64,000 nt of DNA from Octopus bimaculoides (GCF_001194135.2 NC_068982.1:172949192-173013191), one strand, 5' to 3'; positions 1-14,447 are shown, numbered from the stretch's first letter. The notes: generated by a model not told the origin, from the letters alone. Numbers and translations are program-made.

Positions 1-439
1 ATATATATATAATGTATATTTGTTTCCCAGTTAGTGTTTATCTTTGGGGAATCATCCAAAGAACGCTCCCTGCCAAATTGCTTTGTGAAATGTTGTTGTT
101 GTTGTTATCACCCATAATCTATGAGAGTATGCTATGAATATGAACAGCAGCCAACAGCGTAGTGCAAGAGTTAAGCTTCTGGGAAGTTTAGGGTTCATGA
201 CCTAGTTTCAGTTACTTACTGAAGGCTTTTCATATCAGTTTCCAGTCTCCTTGTCCTTTCTTGAGAAAGGCATGTAGGCTACAACTTAGGTTTTACTTTT
301 CCCTCAGAAAACTAAAGAATTTGTTTTTAGCATTGTATAGGCACTGGCATGGTTGTGTGGTAAGTTTACTTCCCAAACACATGGTTTCAGGTTCTATCCC
401 GCTGCCCTGCACCTTAGACAAATGTTGAGGCAGATTTTC

Positions 440-605
440 TACCGCTGGATGCCCTTGTTGTCACCAACCCTCACCTGTTTCCAAGTAAAGAAAATATCCC
501 CCCATGACCAGACTTGCTTTCTCGGAATACTATAAATGAAGGACACCACTTGCATGATGGGGACACTTATTTACAGCTATCACGCTATGCCAAAGCAAGG
601 AGACA
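440..605 (+). repeat. Old dispersed repeat family G
   Basis: GCTGGATGCCCTT...CCTGTTTCCAAGTAA...CCCCATG motif recurs at about 8880-9035 and 62785-62915 (+) and 63420-63480 (-). Confidence 0.65.
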
Positions 606-640
606 GTAACACACACACACACACATGATGGGCTTTCAGT

Positions 641-895
641 TTCTTATTTCGTTATTGCCCATAAGGGGCTAAACATAGAGGGGACAAACAAGAACAGACA
701 AAAGGATTAAATCGATTACATCGACCCCAGTGCGTAACTGGTATTTAATCTATCAACCCCGAAAGGATGAAAGGCAAAGCCGACCTCGGCGGAATTTGAA
801 CTCAGATCGTAATGGTAGACGAAATACCGCTAAGCATTTCGCCCGGCGTGCTAATGTTTCTAATAGCTTGCCACCTTGCATTTCGCCCGGCGCTT
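641..895 (-). mobile_element. SINE family A (tRNA head + GCCTTTCATCCTTTCGGGGTCGATAAATTAAGTACCAG central domain, resembling Meta/MESC), tail type 1
   Basis: Matches the many copies in the window; B-box GAGTTCAAATTC; 12-bp TSD CTTTCAGTTTCT (633-644, 896-907). Confidence 0.85.
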
Positions 896-2295
896 CTTTC
901 AGTTTCTGCTCACCAAATCCACTCACAAGGCTTTGGTCAGACCAGTTCATAAATTGGTAGACATTCCTAATCTATTCAAAAAAATAAAGTACAATTCTTT
1001 ATGGTTGGTACTAATAATGTTAATTCTGAAAAGCAGCTTATTTTTTTTCTTTTATTTTGTATGTGTGTGTGTTAATTAGCATATTATATGTTCACCTCAT
1101 TCTTTAACATCACACCAGAACCACTACCATGACCTTTACATACTACTAGTACCACTATCATCAACCCCCCTCCTTTTGCCTTCTCATTTTCCTTTTGTTA
1201 CTCCTGATAAAATTTAATCTATGAGGTTGATCTTTGATTCATTGAAGTTGAATTGAATTTTTTAAATTTTGTTTTAATTTTTGTCTCTGATCAGTCACAA
1301 CATGTTTTTGTTAGGTCTTATTTATAATTTAAATTTTGTTAGATTTTAAAAAGCAAAAAAAAAATCAATTTTTTAAAATACTAATTTTTTCCTCTCATAC
1401 TTCACTATGGTTTCATTCGAGCGCATATGTGTCCATACAAACAAAGACATACAGAAAGACACACACATATACAGTAACAGTTTATCTCTCTCTCTCTCTC
1501 TCTCACCTTAATGAACACATGCGTGGGCGCAAATATGACTTATAGACACACACACAAATGCATGCACACACATACCCATATCAATCAGCTACCTACCTAT
1601 CTACCTTTCATCATCACTATTTAGATATGTTTCCATGCTGTCATATGTTGAATAAGTCATCATTTATTATATAGTATGTGACCTGTAATGCACAGCAATA
1701 GAAAAAAAAAAAGACCTGTCCACTTCAGTATTATACATCTTATATTGTAGTTTGAGTATGTTTTATTATGCCAATCGCACCAGAGAGGTCCTGTCATATG
1801 AGAAAACTAAAGACTCCCCTCCCCTTCTCCACTAACCTGCATCAGTCTTTAGTCAGAGTTAATGTCCTGCATGCATAGCTTGGGATGTGACTTATAGAAT
1901 CAATGCTCTATGTATGTGTATGTGTAAAAAGACAAAAGATAGACCAGCAGATGTACATGGCATTATATCATTCATATAATTTTTCAAGATGTTACATTGA
2001 CTTAACTGTAAATATATTTGAAGGAAAAGGTTAGATTTATGTAATGTCCTGGTCTATCGTTTGTTTCTTTGTTGCATGATCAAGCTACTCAGTTCTCATA
2101 GCCCATTTTTGTTCTGCAGAATTATTTCTACCTTAATTAGGAGGGCGGATTTAAAGAACTTTGGGCGCAAGCACTAATCCAGCATTCATCTATTATAGGT
2201 TTATAATAGCTTGTTCTCATTTATATATACATACACACACGTATACATATATACATACATTCATGTGTGTGCATGTCTGTGTATGTATGTTTGTG

Positions 2296-2336
<41 letters not shown>

Positions 2337-3100
2337 NNNNNNNNNNNNNNNNNNNNNNNNNNNNNNNNNNNNNNNNNNNNNNNNNNNNNNNNNNNNNNNN
2401 NNNNNNNNNNNNNNNNNNNNNNNNNNNNNNNNNNNNNNNNNNNNNNNNNNNNNNNNNNNNNNNNNNNNNNNNNNNNNNNNNNNNNNNNNNNNNNNNNNNN
2501 NNNNNNNNNNNNNNNNNNNNNNNNNNNNNNNNNNNNNNNNNNNNNNNNNNNNNNNNNNNNNNNNNNNNNNNNNNNNNNNNNNNNNNNNNNNNNNNNNNNN
2601 NNNNNNNNNNNNNNNNNNNNNNNNNNNNNNNNNNNNNNNNNNNNNNNNNNNNNNNNNNNNNNNNNNNNNNNNNNNNNNNNNNNNNNNNNNNNNNNNNNNN
2701 NNNNNNNNNNNNNNNNNNNNNNNNNNNNNNNNNNNNNNNNNNNNNNNNNNNNNNNNNNNNNNNNNNNNNNNNNNNNNNNNNNNNNNNNNNNNNNNNNNNN
2801 NNNNNNNNNNNNNNNNNNNNNNNNNNNNNNNNNNNNNNNNNNNNNNNNNNNNNNNNNNNNNNNNNNNNNNNNNNNNNNNNNNNNNNNNNNNNNNNNNNNN
2901 NNNNNNNNNNNNNNNNNNNNNNNNNNNNNNNNNNNNNNNNNNNNNNNNNNNNNNNNNNNNNNNNNNNNNNNNNNNNNNNNNNNNNNNNNNNNNNNNNNNN
3001 NNNNNNNNNNNNNNNNNNNNNNNNNNNNNNNNNNNNNNNNNNNNNNNNNNNNNNNNNNNNNNNNNNNNNNNNNNNNNNNNNNNNNNNNNNNNNNNNNNNN

Positions 3101-3300
3101 ATGTTTGTGTGTCTTTGTTTGTCCCCCCACCATTGATTGACAACCGATGTCGATGTGTTTACTTCCCCGTAACTTAGTAGTTCGGCAAAAGAGACCAGTC
3201 GAATAAGTACTAGTCTTACAAAGAATAAGTCGATTTGTTTGACAAAAGGTGGTGCTCCAGCATGGCCACAGTCAAATGACTAAAACAAATAAAAGAATAT
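3101..3300 (+). mobile_element. SINE family B 3' domain after a gap
   Basis: TGACAACCG...AAGTACTAG...GCTCCAGCATGGCC tail. Confidence 0.75.
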
Positions 3301-4302
3301 ATGTATATAACATAGATACATGTATGGGTGTGTGGTTGAGAAGCTTGCTTCTCGATTATGTTGTCTTTGGTTCAGCCTCACCAGGCAACACACTGGACTA
3401 GTGTTTTCTACTATAAGTCCAGGGCCTATTGAAGTTCTTTGAGTTGCTTCCAATGCCAGAAACTGGAAAAGGCTTGGAGCCTGTGCGTGTGTGTGTGTAT
3501 GTGCGCGTGCCCTTCTGTTCACATCACATGGTGGTTGCAAACTAGCTTCATCATCATATCAGTAGTGTTGTTCATTTCTAGTCTTCTATGTAAAACACAT
3601 CTGGCCATGAGGGGAAGAGGAGGGGATTTTTCACTGTAGAAAATCTGCCTCAACAAAACATTTGTCTGACCTATGCAAGCATGGAGAAGTTGATGAGTAC
3701 ACACGTGCACACACGCACACACACATACACGCACACACACTCCCTCTCACACACTCATATATTTCTCTTACATATCCCATGCTATTAAACACATGAGCTG
3801 CATATGCTTCCGAAATATCCTCAGGTGGTAAAACAAATCAGATTGTAAGCTGGTCCCAGTTTTTTTTTAGCATTAAATTTTAGCCCGATTCACTCCTTGC
3901 CTATGGGCCCTTCCACTTCCCTTCTGGTCAATACTCTCACCCACCCTATAAAGTATAGTTGCGTGCTACCTCTCACTTCAAATCTATTTCTACACCTACC
4001 ATTACTAAAGCCGCTGACCTCCTTNNNNNNNNNNNNNNNNNNNNNNNNNNNNNNNNNNNNNNNNNNNNNNNNNNNNNNNNNNNNNNNNNNNNNNNNNNNN
4101 NNNNNNNNNNNNNNNNNNNNNNNNNNNNNNNNNNNNNNNNNNNNNNNNNNNNNNNNNNNNNNNNNNNNNNNNNNNNNNNNNNNNNNNNNNNNNNNNNNNN
4201 NNNNNNNNNNNNNNNNNNNNNNNNNNNNNNNNNNNNNNNNNNNNNNNNNNNNNNNNNNNNNNNNNNNNNNNNNNNNNNNNNNNNNNNNNNNNNNNNNNNN
4301 NN

Positions 4303-4597
4303 TACCCCTTTCTTATTTTTTCTGACCAAGCTTCCGTGGTTTTATGGGTTTTTCCACGTGTAACCTTTCCTTTTTCGAAGCGCCTCCCCCTTTGGGAGTT
4401 CTACTTATTTATTTATCTATTTATTTATCTATTTATTTATCATATCTTTCTCCGTTTTCTTCCTCTGTTTAGATGAACTTTCCTACCTTTTCGGACAAAA
4501 CCTTTTGTAACCTTCGTCCTGTCTTTGTCCTTATATGTTTTTAATTGATATTAGCCCTTGTGGCCAATAAAACGAATTAATTATTATTATTATTGTT
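4303..4597 (+). mobile_element. LINE-like 3' end with AATAAA and (ATT)n tail
   Basis: Reverse-complement copies at 7929-8037 (identical over ~90 bp) and 20184-20310, with fragments near 7540 and 50985; variable 5' truncation. Confidence 0.7.
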
Positions 4598-5051
4598 CTC
4601 CTCTCTTCCCTTATCATTCCCTGTGCAGTTGTTTTATTATCGTTATTAATATTTTCAATCTTTTCCCACTGATATCAGTTCTGGTAATAAATACTAATAT
4701 GGTATAATTGTGATGACGTTGCTGATAATAGGATTACTTTGGAGTATTAATGTGAGGAGCGGCGTATATGTATATATTTAGACATGCATCCACACATATA
4801 CATAATGCATATGTACAATATTTATAAATGTGTACGGTTAGTGCTACTAATTAATAGTGATATTTTGTTCTTTTATTATCCTTTTCATACCTGCCTATCT
4901 CTTGTTACTCCAGTCTTCCTTCAATCTCACATTAAGTCTCCAAACAATTTAGATTAATGTGGGTGGGTAATATATATATATATATGAATGTATTTAGACT
5001 GTAGTATCAGTGTTAAGCAGTGAGGAAGAATAAACAAACTTTAGGTTAGTT

Positions 5052-5087
<36 letters not shown>

Positions 5088-5712
5088 TGTGTATATGTAT
5101 ATGCACATGCAACACATATGCAGTTTCAAAATACAGTGATATTAGCACCAGAGCTCCTTATATATCTATTTATAAAATAGATAGATAGATAATTGGAGCC
5201 TGGTGTTGCCATCCGGTTTCACCAGTCCTCAGTCAAATCGTTCAACCCATGCTAGCATGGAAAGCGGACGTTAAACGATGATGATGATAGATAGATAGGT
5301 AGATAGAGAGATATATGTGTGTATGTATTGGTAAGTTGTTTATAGTCATATGGCTAAAATGTTTACATACATTAAAATGGACTCAATGTGCTTAATAGTG
5401 GAGTATAATAATCTTCAGAATATTTTGCGTAAGCTTATACTCCGGTTTCTTGAGTTGTATTTACTCCCCTCCAGATGAGTAAAATGTATTGCAAGATGTT
5501 AGAAACACTAGAAAAAAAAAAAAAAAAAAATCAAATGAGGCACAGGTGTGACTGTGTAGCAGGAAGTCCTTTTTTTTTTCTCAACCACATAATTCCAGGT
5601 TCAGTCCCACTGTGTGGCACATTGGGCAAATGTTTCCTACTATGGCTACAGATCAACCAAAACCTTGTGAGTAGATTGGCTTGACCCAAACTAAAAGAAG
5701 CCTGTCGTATTT

Positions 5713-6065
5713 TTCTTTTATTCTTTTATTTGTTTAAGTCACTTGACTGTGGCCATGCTGGAGCACTGCCTTTAGTGAAGCAAATCAACCCCAGGACTTA
5801 TTCTTTGTAAGCCTAGTACTTATTCTATTGGCCTTTTTTGCTGAACTGCTAAGTTACAGAGATGTAAACACACCAGCATTGGTTGTCAAGTGATGTTGGG
5901 GACAAACATACACACACAATATATACGACAGGCTTCTTTCAGTTTCCATCTACCAAATCCTCTCTCAAGGCTTTGGTCGGCCCGAGGCTATAGTAGAAAT
6001 TTTCCCCAAGGCGCCACACATTGGGACTGAACTCAGAACCATGTGATGGGTTAGCAAGCTACTTA

Positions 6066-6070
<5 letters not shown>
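5713..6070 (-). mobile_element. SINE family B, full length
   Basis: Reverse complement of the 54570 architecture; an opposite-orientation head+core lies at about 5583-5710. Confidence 0.8.
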
Positions 6071-6112
<42 letters not shown>

Positions 6113-6322
6113 GTTGAAATTTACAGTAAAACAAAAGACGAAGACAGGTGTATGAACAACAAGCAGGTGTATTAGTTTGATGCTCAGGAAAGTGAGAAAG
6201 TCTTTTATGTTTATATATATGTGTCTTTGACCCCACTACCACTTGACAGCTGGTGTTGGTTTGTTTACATCATAACTTCACATTTTGGCAAAAGAGACCA
6301 ATAGAATAAGTACTAGGCTTAA

Positions 6323-6541
6323 AATCCTTTCTACTATAGGCACAAGGCCTGAAATTTCGGGGGGAAGGGTTAAGTCGATTAGATGAACCCCAGGTACTCA
6401 ACTGGTACTTAATTTATCCACCCCGAAAGGATGGAAGGCAAAGTCGACCTTGGTGGAATTTGAACTCAGAACATAGACAAGCGAAATACCGCTAAGCATT
6501 CCATCCAGCTAACAATTCTGCCAGCTTGTAGCCTTAGTATT
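6323..6541 (-). mobile_element. SINE family A, tail type 2, nested in a family B copy
   Basis: Full head-to-tail match; 12-bp TSD TAGGCTTAAAAT (6314-6325, 6542-6553). Confidence 0.85.
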
Positions 6542-7662
6542 TAGGCTTAAAATGAAAAAGTACTGGGGTTGATTCCTTCAAATAAAATTCTTCAAGATAG
6601 TGCCCCAGCTTGGCCACAATCTAATGGCTGAAACAAGATAAGAAGACTGTGTGTTTGTGTGTGTATTTGTACTAGCCATGCATGCACATATGTGTGGAGG
6701 CAAACAGTTTGTTCAACCCCCATGTTACTTGGAGTTACTTTGGCTCAGACATGGGCCTATATGTCTGATACACAGATGGGCACAAGGACTCCTGAACACG
6801 TGTGTGTGTGCACACACATACTTATTAGTCAGAAAATTCCTATGGACCCCTGGTCTACTGGCCTGTAAACCATGTGTGTAAAAAGTATACATCCATCTAG
6901 ATGGGTACATATATACACACACACATACATATACAGCCACCCCTTACTATATAAACTGTCCATGTGCTATTGTGTGACAGAGAGAGGAGGAGATAATGTT
7001 GCTCTCTTGTGTGTGTGTGTGTGTGTTTTCTTTTTATAAATTTGTTTAGCTGACCTTCCATGAAATGTCATTTTAATGAGAAGACATGAAATCAAAGCCC
7101 CTTATCTCCCTCTCCTCCTAATATCAGTCATCTTCTCTAGCACCCTTTTTTTTTTTTTTTTTGTCAGGTCATGACTAGGTCAGCAATTTTCTTATTTGTT
7201 GTTTCATATGTTTTACTTCAAACTTTTTATTTATTTACTCTATGTATATTTTTATATTTCTTTGAAACTTTTCTTTCTGAATTATTTTTACTTCCTTCAT
7301 ATTTTTTTTATATTTGTATCANNNNNNNNNNNNNNNNNNNNNNNNNNNNNNNNNNNNNNNNNNNNNNNNNNNNNNNNNNNNNNNNNNNNNNNNNNNNNNN
7401 NNNNNNNNNNNNNNNNNNNNNNNNNATCCACACACTTGCATACAAAACAACATGTGTGTGTGTGAAAGAAAGGCTTCTGCTTGACCCTTAACTATGACCT
7501 GTAGTGACATTCACCAAAACTACTGCCAATAATAATTTCTTTTATTGGCCACAAGGGCCAAAATTACTGGTGACAGTACAGAGGCAAATACACAGAAAAA
7601 AACACAAATAGGGAGATATTTGCATCAAGCAAAATAATAGTAAATACTTTAATATGACAATG

Positions 7663-7694
<32 letters not shown>

Positions 7695-9225
7695 CCTTTC
7701 TACTATAGGCACAAGGCCTGAATTTTTTTTGTGGGGGTGGAGAAGCATCTCAAATACCCTACAATCTTGGTGTATTGCAAAAATCGTCTTTACTTGGAAC
7801 TGCGCATATAGTGCATAAAGTACTGTATGTCTGAGATCCTTGTGATTTCAGAGAAGGCATAAATCTCTGGTACACACAATATCTTCAATCTGCAATGTCA
7901 CAATATTGGATACTGTGCAGTGTTTTCAAAATAATAATAATAATAATAATTAATTCGTTTTATTGGCCACAAGGGCTAATATCAATTAAAAACATATAAG
8001 GACAAAGACAGGACGAAGGTTACAAAAGGTTTTGTCCAAAAGCAATAATGATGGTTTCTTTTAGTCACAAAGATTTAGATCAGTGGGGCCCATCACAAGA
8101 ATAGCCTATAGTTTGAGTGGGGCTTTACATAAAGGAGGAGGAGGAGAAAGAACTGGAAACAACAGTGAAATGAGATAGAAGTATACATATTGGTTTCTAG
8201 TATTGAACTAGTATTTTATTTTGACAAAATTTGAACAAATACTACCAGATGAGCTAAGAATTCTGTCAATCCACTGTTCTGGTGTTTTCACCAACTTCCC
8301 TAAACCCCAGGAACAAAAATATCTCGAATCCAATTAGTAAACAAAAGAAAAACAAAAAGCACTATAATCAAAAAGCAAAAAAGAAAAATACAGAAAGAAA
8401 AAAATGTAGAAGTAAAATAAGCCCTCTAGTGTGTTATTGGCTGCAGGTTGTGATCTTTACTATAGCTAATCTTACAATGTTTCTTGTCTGTGCCAGCCAG
8501 ACTGTCCAGTTTCTATATAAATGACAATATGGTTTGGCCTTTTGATGGCTGTCTTCCTTTTGAAGGAGGTGTCTATTTTTTGTTTCCTTTTGTTTTGTTC
8601 ACACACACACCACACACACTTGTAGTTTCTGTCAGGTTATATTGAAGAGTTGGTGAAATTCCCTTCTGATGACACACACACACAGACGCATGCACACTTA
8701 TACTCTCTGTCTCACATGCTTGTACCTGCCTACAGAATAACATTTACGCACAGATTTAAAACAATTCTTATAAATAGTGAAGTGTAAATTTGAGTAACTT
8801 TACATGTATACTTACACGCATACATACTTGATATGTTTGCTATGAATGTGTGTGTATTTGCTTTTAATGTTTCATTGTGGAAGATTCTCTATGGCTGGAT
8901 GCTCTTCCTGTTGCCAACCCAAGGTAATATCTCCCCCATGGAAGATATGCTTTATGGAGGATATTGGAAATGGATGACACTGCTTCTATGGCAGCAACCC
9001 TCATTTACAACTATCATGCAATGTCAAGAGGAGACACAAACACGCACACACACACACACACATACTTGTGTGTGTGTGTGTGTGTATAACAGGGTTCTTT
9101 CAGTTTCTGCCTACCAGATTGACTCACAAGACTTTGGGCAACCTGGGCCACCACAATGGGATTGAACCTGAAATCGTGCGATTGGAAGCCAACAATTTAC
9201 CCACTCAGCCATTATTGTATACATG

Positions 9226-9258
<33 letters not shown>

Positions 9259-9370
9259 TGTCTTCATCATCATTGTCATTACAGGTGCACTTCTTCATAT
9301 TAGCTTGTTACAACACTTCATTTCTACTCTTCTTTGGTCTGCTATAATTTATTATTATTATTATTATATA

Positions 9371-9557
9371 TTAAGCGGGTAGTATCATTAGCACGCCTGT
9401 CTTCGTGTTCTGAGTTCAAATTCTGCTGTGGTCGACCTTGCCTTTCATCCTTTCGGGGTTGATAAATTAAGTACCAGTGAAGCACTGAGGTCAATGTTGT
9501 CAACTGGTCCCCTCCCACCAAATCTAAATCTCAGGCCTTGTGCTTCCACTAGAAAGG

Positions 9558-9593
<36 letters not shown>

Positions 9594-9603
9594 TATTATT
9601 ATT
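9371..9603 (+). mobile_element. SINE family A with (ATT)n tail
   Basis: B-box, central domain and tail-2 sequence ending GAAAGGATTATTATT. Confidence 0.8.
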
Positions 9604-9932
9604 AGCTTGTGACAGGAATGTGACACTGTTTACTTTACAGTTTCTTTAAATAGCTTCCCATGTCACATTGAACACAAATTCTACCCTCATGCCATGTATG
9701 TATGTAAAAATGTGTATGTGATTGTGTACACACACATACAATTTTTTCTATGGAGAAATAGAAATGAATGTGAAGTACATGTTACATTTTGCATATAACT
9801 AGAGTACCTTTTTTTATCCATGTCTCTCTCTCTCTCTCTTTCTCTCTCCCTCTTCCTCTGTCTCTTACCACTCTAGCTCTATTTTTCAAATTCTATAATT
9901 CCATCCTTATATATATTTTTGTTATTGCCACG

Positions 9933-9986
<54 letters not shown>

Positions 9987-11319
9987 AACATTATATCTAA
10001 TGTTATCATAGTAAAAGGAATGTAACAATATCCACAAGGAACATTTTTGTCTTTGCTCACTTCCTTCAATAGGAATTTGAAGAAGAAGAAAAAAAAATGC
10101 TGTCTAGGAGAGATGAACAACAAAAGCAAGAATACAAAGGAATATGGATTTTATTTCAACTTCATTGTTAAATCTATTCTTTTTAAGATATCATAATCCT
10201 AAGATTTCTTTGTAGATCTGTCTGTCTGTGTTTTATTTTTATTTTCTTTGTAATTTTTTTGCCTAATTTTCCACCCTCCCCTTAAAACTCCATCTTCTTC
10301 TTCTTCTTGTAATTATTATTATTATTATCAACAACTCTGATCTGGCTGTTAAAATGTAGAAACCCATAAATATTCATACCATCTTCTTGAAAAAGGGGTT
10401 GACCCCTTTCATCTTGGTGAAGTATGAAGGAAATTCTATCATTTCCTTTCCTACCTGTTTGGTGTGTTTGTGTTTGTGTGTGTATGTTTTTAAGATAAAT
10501 GGGGAGAGAAACTCTGTCAAATGTATACCATGTGTGTATTTCGACAATGAAGATCCAGTTGTTCTCAACCAACCGGATTATCTGCTCCTGAATTAACGTG
10601 TAAGCGTCTTAACATAGATAAAATAAACATTAGAGATGCTTTGCTCCATGCCAAAACTGCAGTATCTATTCTGAGGTTTTGCAAGCTCTTCTAAATCCAT
10701 TGCAACGCTAGAACTCCTCTGCATCATCAGCGTGTATCTCAGAGTCATCAGCATTTCACCCCTTAGCCTGTACGCTTCACATAAGCGGGTAAGTTGTGAA
10801 TGTAATTCTCAGACAGGTCAAGCATGACACAGCTTGTGGACAAGGCTGAATCTTTCAAATTCCTGCTGCACTCCACCCAACAAGCTTTTTATGCTGTTTA
10901 CTTTCATAGTTTCACTCATGTGGTATGGGTCGACCTGAGACCACATTGTTGTGGAGCCAAATTCTTACCTGATCATATTATGCTTGGATTGTATGTGCGT
11001 GCACATGTATTTATGGATGTGTGGATCTGGGTTCAATGTTGCTGTGGAACTTTGGGCAAGTATAGCCCTGGACCAACCAAAGCCAATTGTGTTGAATTGG
11101 TAGGTTCATATATAGTGTGTGTGTTTCTCCTGCCCCAACCCCTAACAATTGGTGTTAGTTTGTTCTTGTCGGTAACTTCAAGGTTAGGAATAAGAGACCA
11201 ATTTAAAAGATGAGTACTAAGGTCAGTTTATTCGACAAAAACCCCTTGAAGGCGGTGCCCCAGCATGGCCGCAACCCAATGACTGAAACAGAGGATAAAA
11301 TGTATTATAAACTCACATA

Positions 11320-11374
<55 letters not shown>

Positions 11375-11399
11375 AAATATGTGTGTGTGTGTGTGTATG

Positions 11400-11451
<52 letters not shown>

Positions 11452-11648
11452 NNNNNNNNNNNNNNNNNNNNNNNNNNNNNNNNNNNNNNNNNNNNNNNNN
11501 NNNNNNNNNNNNNNNNNNNNNNNNNNNNNNNNNNNNNNNNNNNNNNNNNNNNNNNNNNNNNNNNNNNNNNNNNNNNNNNNNNNNNNNNNNNNNNNNNNNN
11601 NNNNNNNNNNNNNNNNNNNNNNNNNNNNNNNNNNNNNNNNNNNNNNNN

Positions 11649-11743
<95 letters not shown>

Positions 11744-12407
11744 AACTCTCTTTCAGAGTTTATTTGTTTGTTGAGTTTTCCTTTACTTTTCTCATGTTGA
11801 GGGATTCTCATTTCCTGATAGTTTTTGTATAAAACTATTTTGTATGCTATATATAAAGCCATCTTCTATTGTCTGACTGTTGTCTGTATTTTTTATTCAA
11901 TACCATTTCCCCTACTCCATATCTCTGCATAAAACACTCTTTCATACCTGCACATACTCGAGTATATGTGTGCTCGCGCGTGCGCGAACTCCGCGCATCT
12001 ACTATATATCTCCCAGACGCAAGAATATTTCCCCATATGTGTATATGTTTATGTGTGGGTGTGATTGTATATGGTATGGTGTATGTTTGGCGTATTGTGG
12101 TGGTAATTTGTATACGTGTGTTTCGTTGTAACAATAATAGTACATTTTTATAATGACCTTAAAAGTATGGTAAACATTTAGTGTTGTTAGAAGAATGTAA
12201 AAGAGATGGTTGAAAAACTTGTCGACATGGGGTTGTAAAGGAAATTATGTTTATGCCTATATATATATATATAAACTTGTATCTGTAAGCAAATATATTT
12301 TTAGTGTTGGTATACACACTCTGGTTTGCACTCAAACGCATGTTAGAGGTAGTTTGTTGTGAAAGAGAATTGTTATGTACATAATGTTGTAAGCATGTCT
12401 TCTAATA

Positions 12408-12689
12408 CAGGGGTTTTCAAACTTTTTGACCTGCGGACCCCTTTGTATTTCAGGCTTTACCTTAGGGAACCCCTTATAAACGCTTATGAAATTTATACAT
12501 AAATATTTGCTTAAAATAACATATATTTTTACATTTATTTATTTAACAGTATTTAACAAATAGGTTTATTGTCAATTAAAAGATTTCGATTAAAAAAAAA
12601 CATATATAAAATCAAATTGCCCATAAAAAGTATTTGCTGTCCACGGACCCCCTGTCTTGTCCTTGCGGACTACAGTTTGAAAACCCCTG
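12408..12689. mobile_element. hAT (Charlie-like) MITE
   Basis: TIRs CAGGGGTTTTCAAACT / AGTTTGAAAACCCCTG; exact 8-bp TSD TTCTAATA at 12400-12407 and 12690-12697. Confidence 0.9.
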
Positions 12690-13440
12690 TTCTAATAAAT
12701 GACAAGTAACATAAATCGTTATGTATCAGCTTGTAGGGATAAGTTCAAATTCCCCTTCAGTTACATAAGCTTTTCTGTTTATAAATGGTTTGGTGATAGG
12801 TTGACTTTACACTCAACGTACATTTTTCGTTCATTTCCTACTTTAATTATTTGCTCCCTGGTTCATCGCCTTCGAGGAGACTGGGTTGTGACCCGTCAAT
12901 TTATAAGACGTCGAACCCACTCTCTCTTGCTGTCTTTCTCTTTATCTCTCTCTCTCTGTATCTCCTCTCTTTTTCTCTGATGGTTTACTTCATGGGGGCA
13001 ATAGCTTTTTGTATGGGAGGACCTTTTAAATTGCAAAGTTGAAGTTGAGAGCAAGAGTTTTTTTTTTTTTTTTAATGGTAATAGGGACCTTCGGGACAGC
13101 TGGAGTCATAAGGAGAAAATGATACATGTGTTTATGGATATATATATGTAAGGGACGATATATATATATATATATATATATGCGTGAATGTGTCAATACG
13201 CACACCTGCGCGCACCCACACACACACACACAACTTTTGAAACTAAGGTTTTGATCGGTGCATCGGTCCGGAGCACAGAGAACCACAGGGGCGGCACGAA
13301 ATTATCTACTTTTAAAAATGTAAATGCACTCAGGCAACCCGGGTTCGATTTCCGGCATAGAAGTAGCTGTGGTTTGCTTTGCAACTACGTTGTTTTGAGT
13401 TCATTCCCGCAGCCAATGCCTTATGAGTGAATTTGGTAGA

Positions 13441-13700
13441 GCAGGAGTGGCTGTGTGGTAAGAATTCCCAACCACATGGTTCCGGGTTCAGTCTCCCTGC
13501 GTGGCACCTTGGGCAAGTGTCCTCTACTATAGCCTCGGGCCGACCAAGACCTTGTGAGTGGATTTGGTGGACGGAAACTGAAAGACGCCCGTCGTGTATA
13601 TAAATATATGTGTGTGTGTGTGTGTGTGTGTGTTTGTCCCCCACTATCGCTTGACAACCGGTGTTGGTGTGTTTATGTCTTCATAACTTAGTGGTTGGGA
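13441..13700 (+). mobile_element. SINE family B, 3' truncated
   Basis: Head, CCTTGGGCAAGTGTC core, TG tract and start of the 3' domain. Confidence 0.8.
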
Positions 13701-14447
13701 AGCAAACTACTTACCACACAGCCACGCCTGCATTATTTACATCATAAAAATTTAGAATCTTGAAGAGAATGTGAAATAATTTTTCTATTGTAGAACTCGA
13801 AATAGATAAAGCTATTATAATAGCATATAAATATTGGGTTAACATCACATTTGGATATTCATGTTTATATATATATATATATTTATTTATTTATTTATTT
13901 ATTCAGTGTATTTTTGGCACCACTAACCACTAATCTCATGTACACAACCTGTGTTAAATTTCACAGGTAGCATCAGTTGCTATTGTTTTTAATCCCCAGA
14001 TCCACCCTGGTTGAGCGGCATGATCAAAAGCATTCCTGCTGTAGTCTGATTACCCTGGAAGGTTTCGGATCACATTATCCAATGAGTCCTTTTTTAATGA
14101 CAGTAGCGTGTGTGATTTGAGACAGATTTTGGCTGCTGTTCCTTGCAGGCCGGGCGACTAACGAAGTATCAGTGTCGTAGGAAGTGGCGGTAAGTTGTGT
14201 GAGCGAAATAATTGTTACTCTGTGGTACAGTGGGTAAGCCAATACCCTGAATATCTGATAAGATCTTGTTGTGCGTCTGAACACAGTCGGGGCATTTCTG
14301 GTCTGGTCGTTATGGGGTACTGATAACATCGATATCCCGTGTTATCTCTGCTATTTTTAACATTTCGGTTCATTTGCCTCGCTACCTCTTCCATCGGTTA
14401 CCTCCTCTCCCCTCCCATTCTGTGTGTGCGTGTGCGTGCGCACGTTT

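Noticed and set aside
8212-8337. Stop-free peptide YFILTKFEQILPDELRILSIHCSGVFTNFPKPQEQKYLESN
   Set aside because: No start, weak splice context and no family match; chance level.
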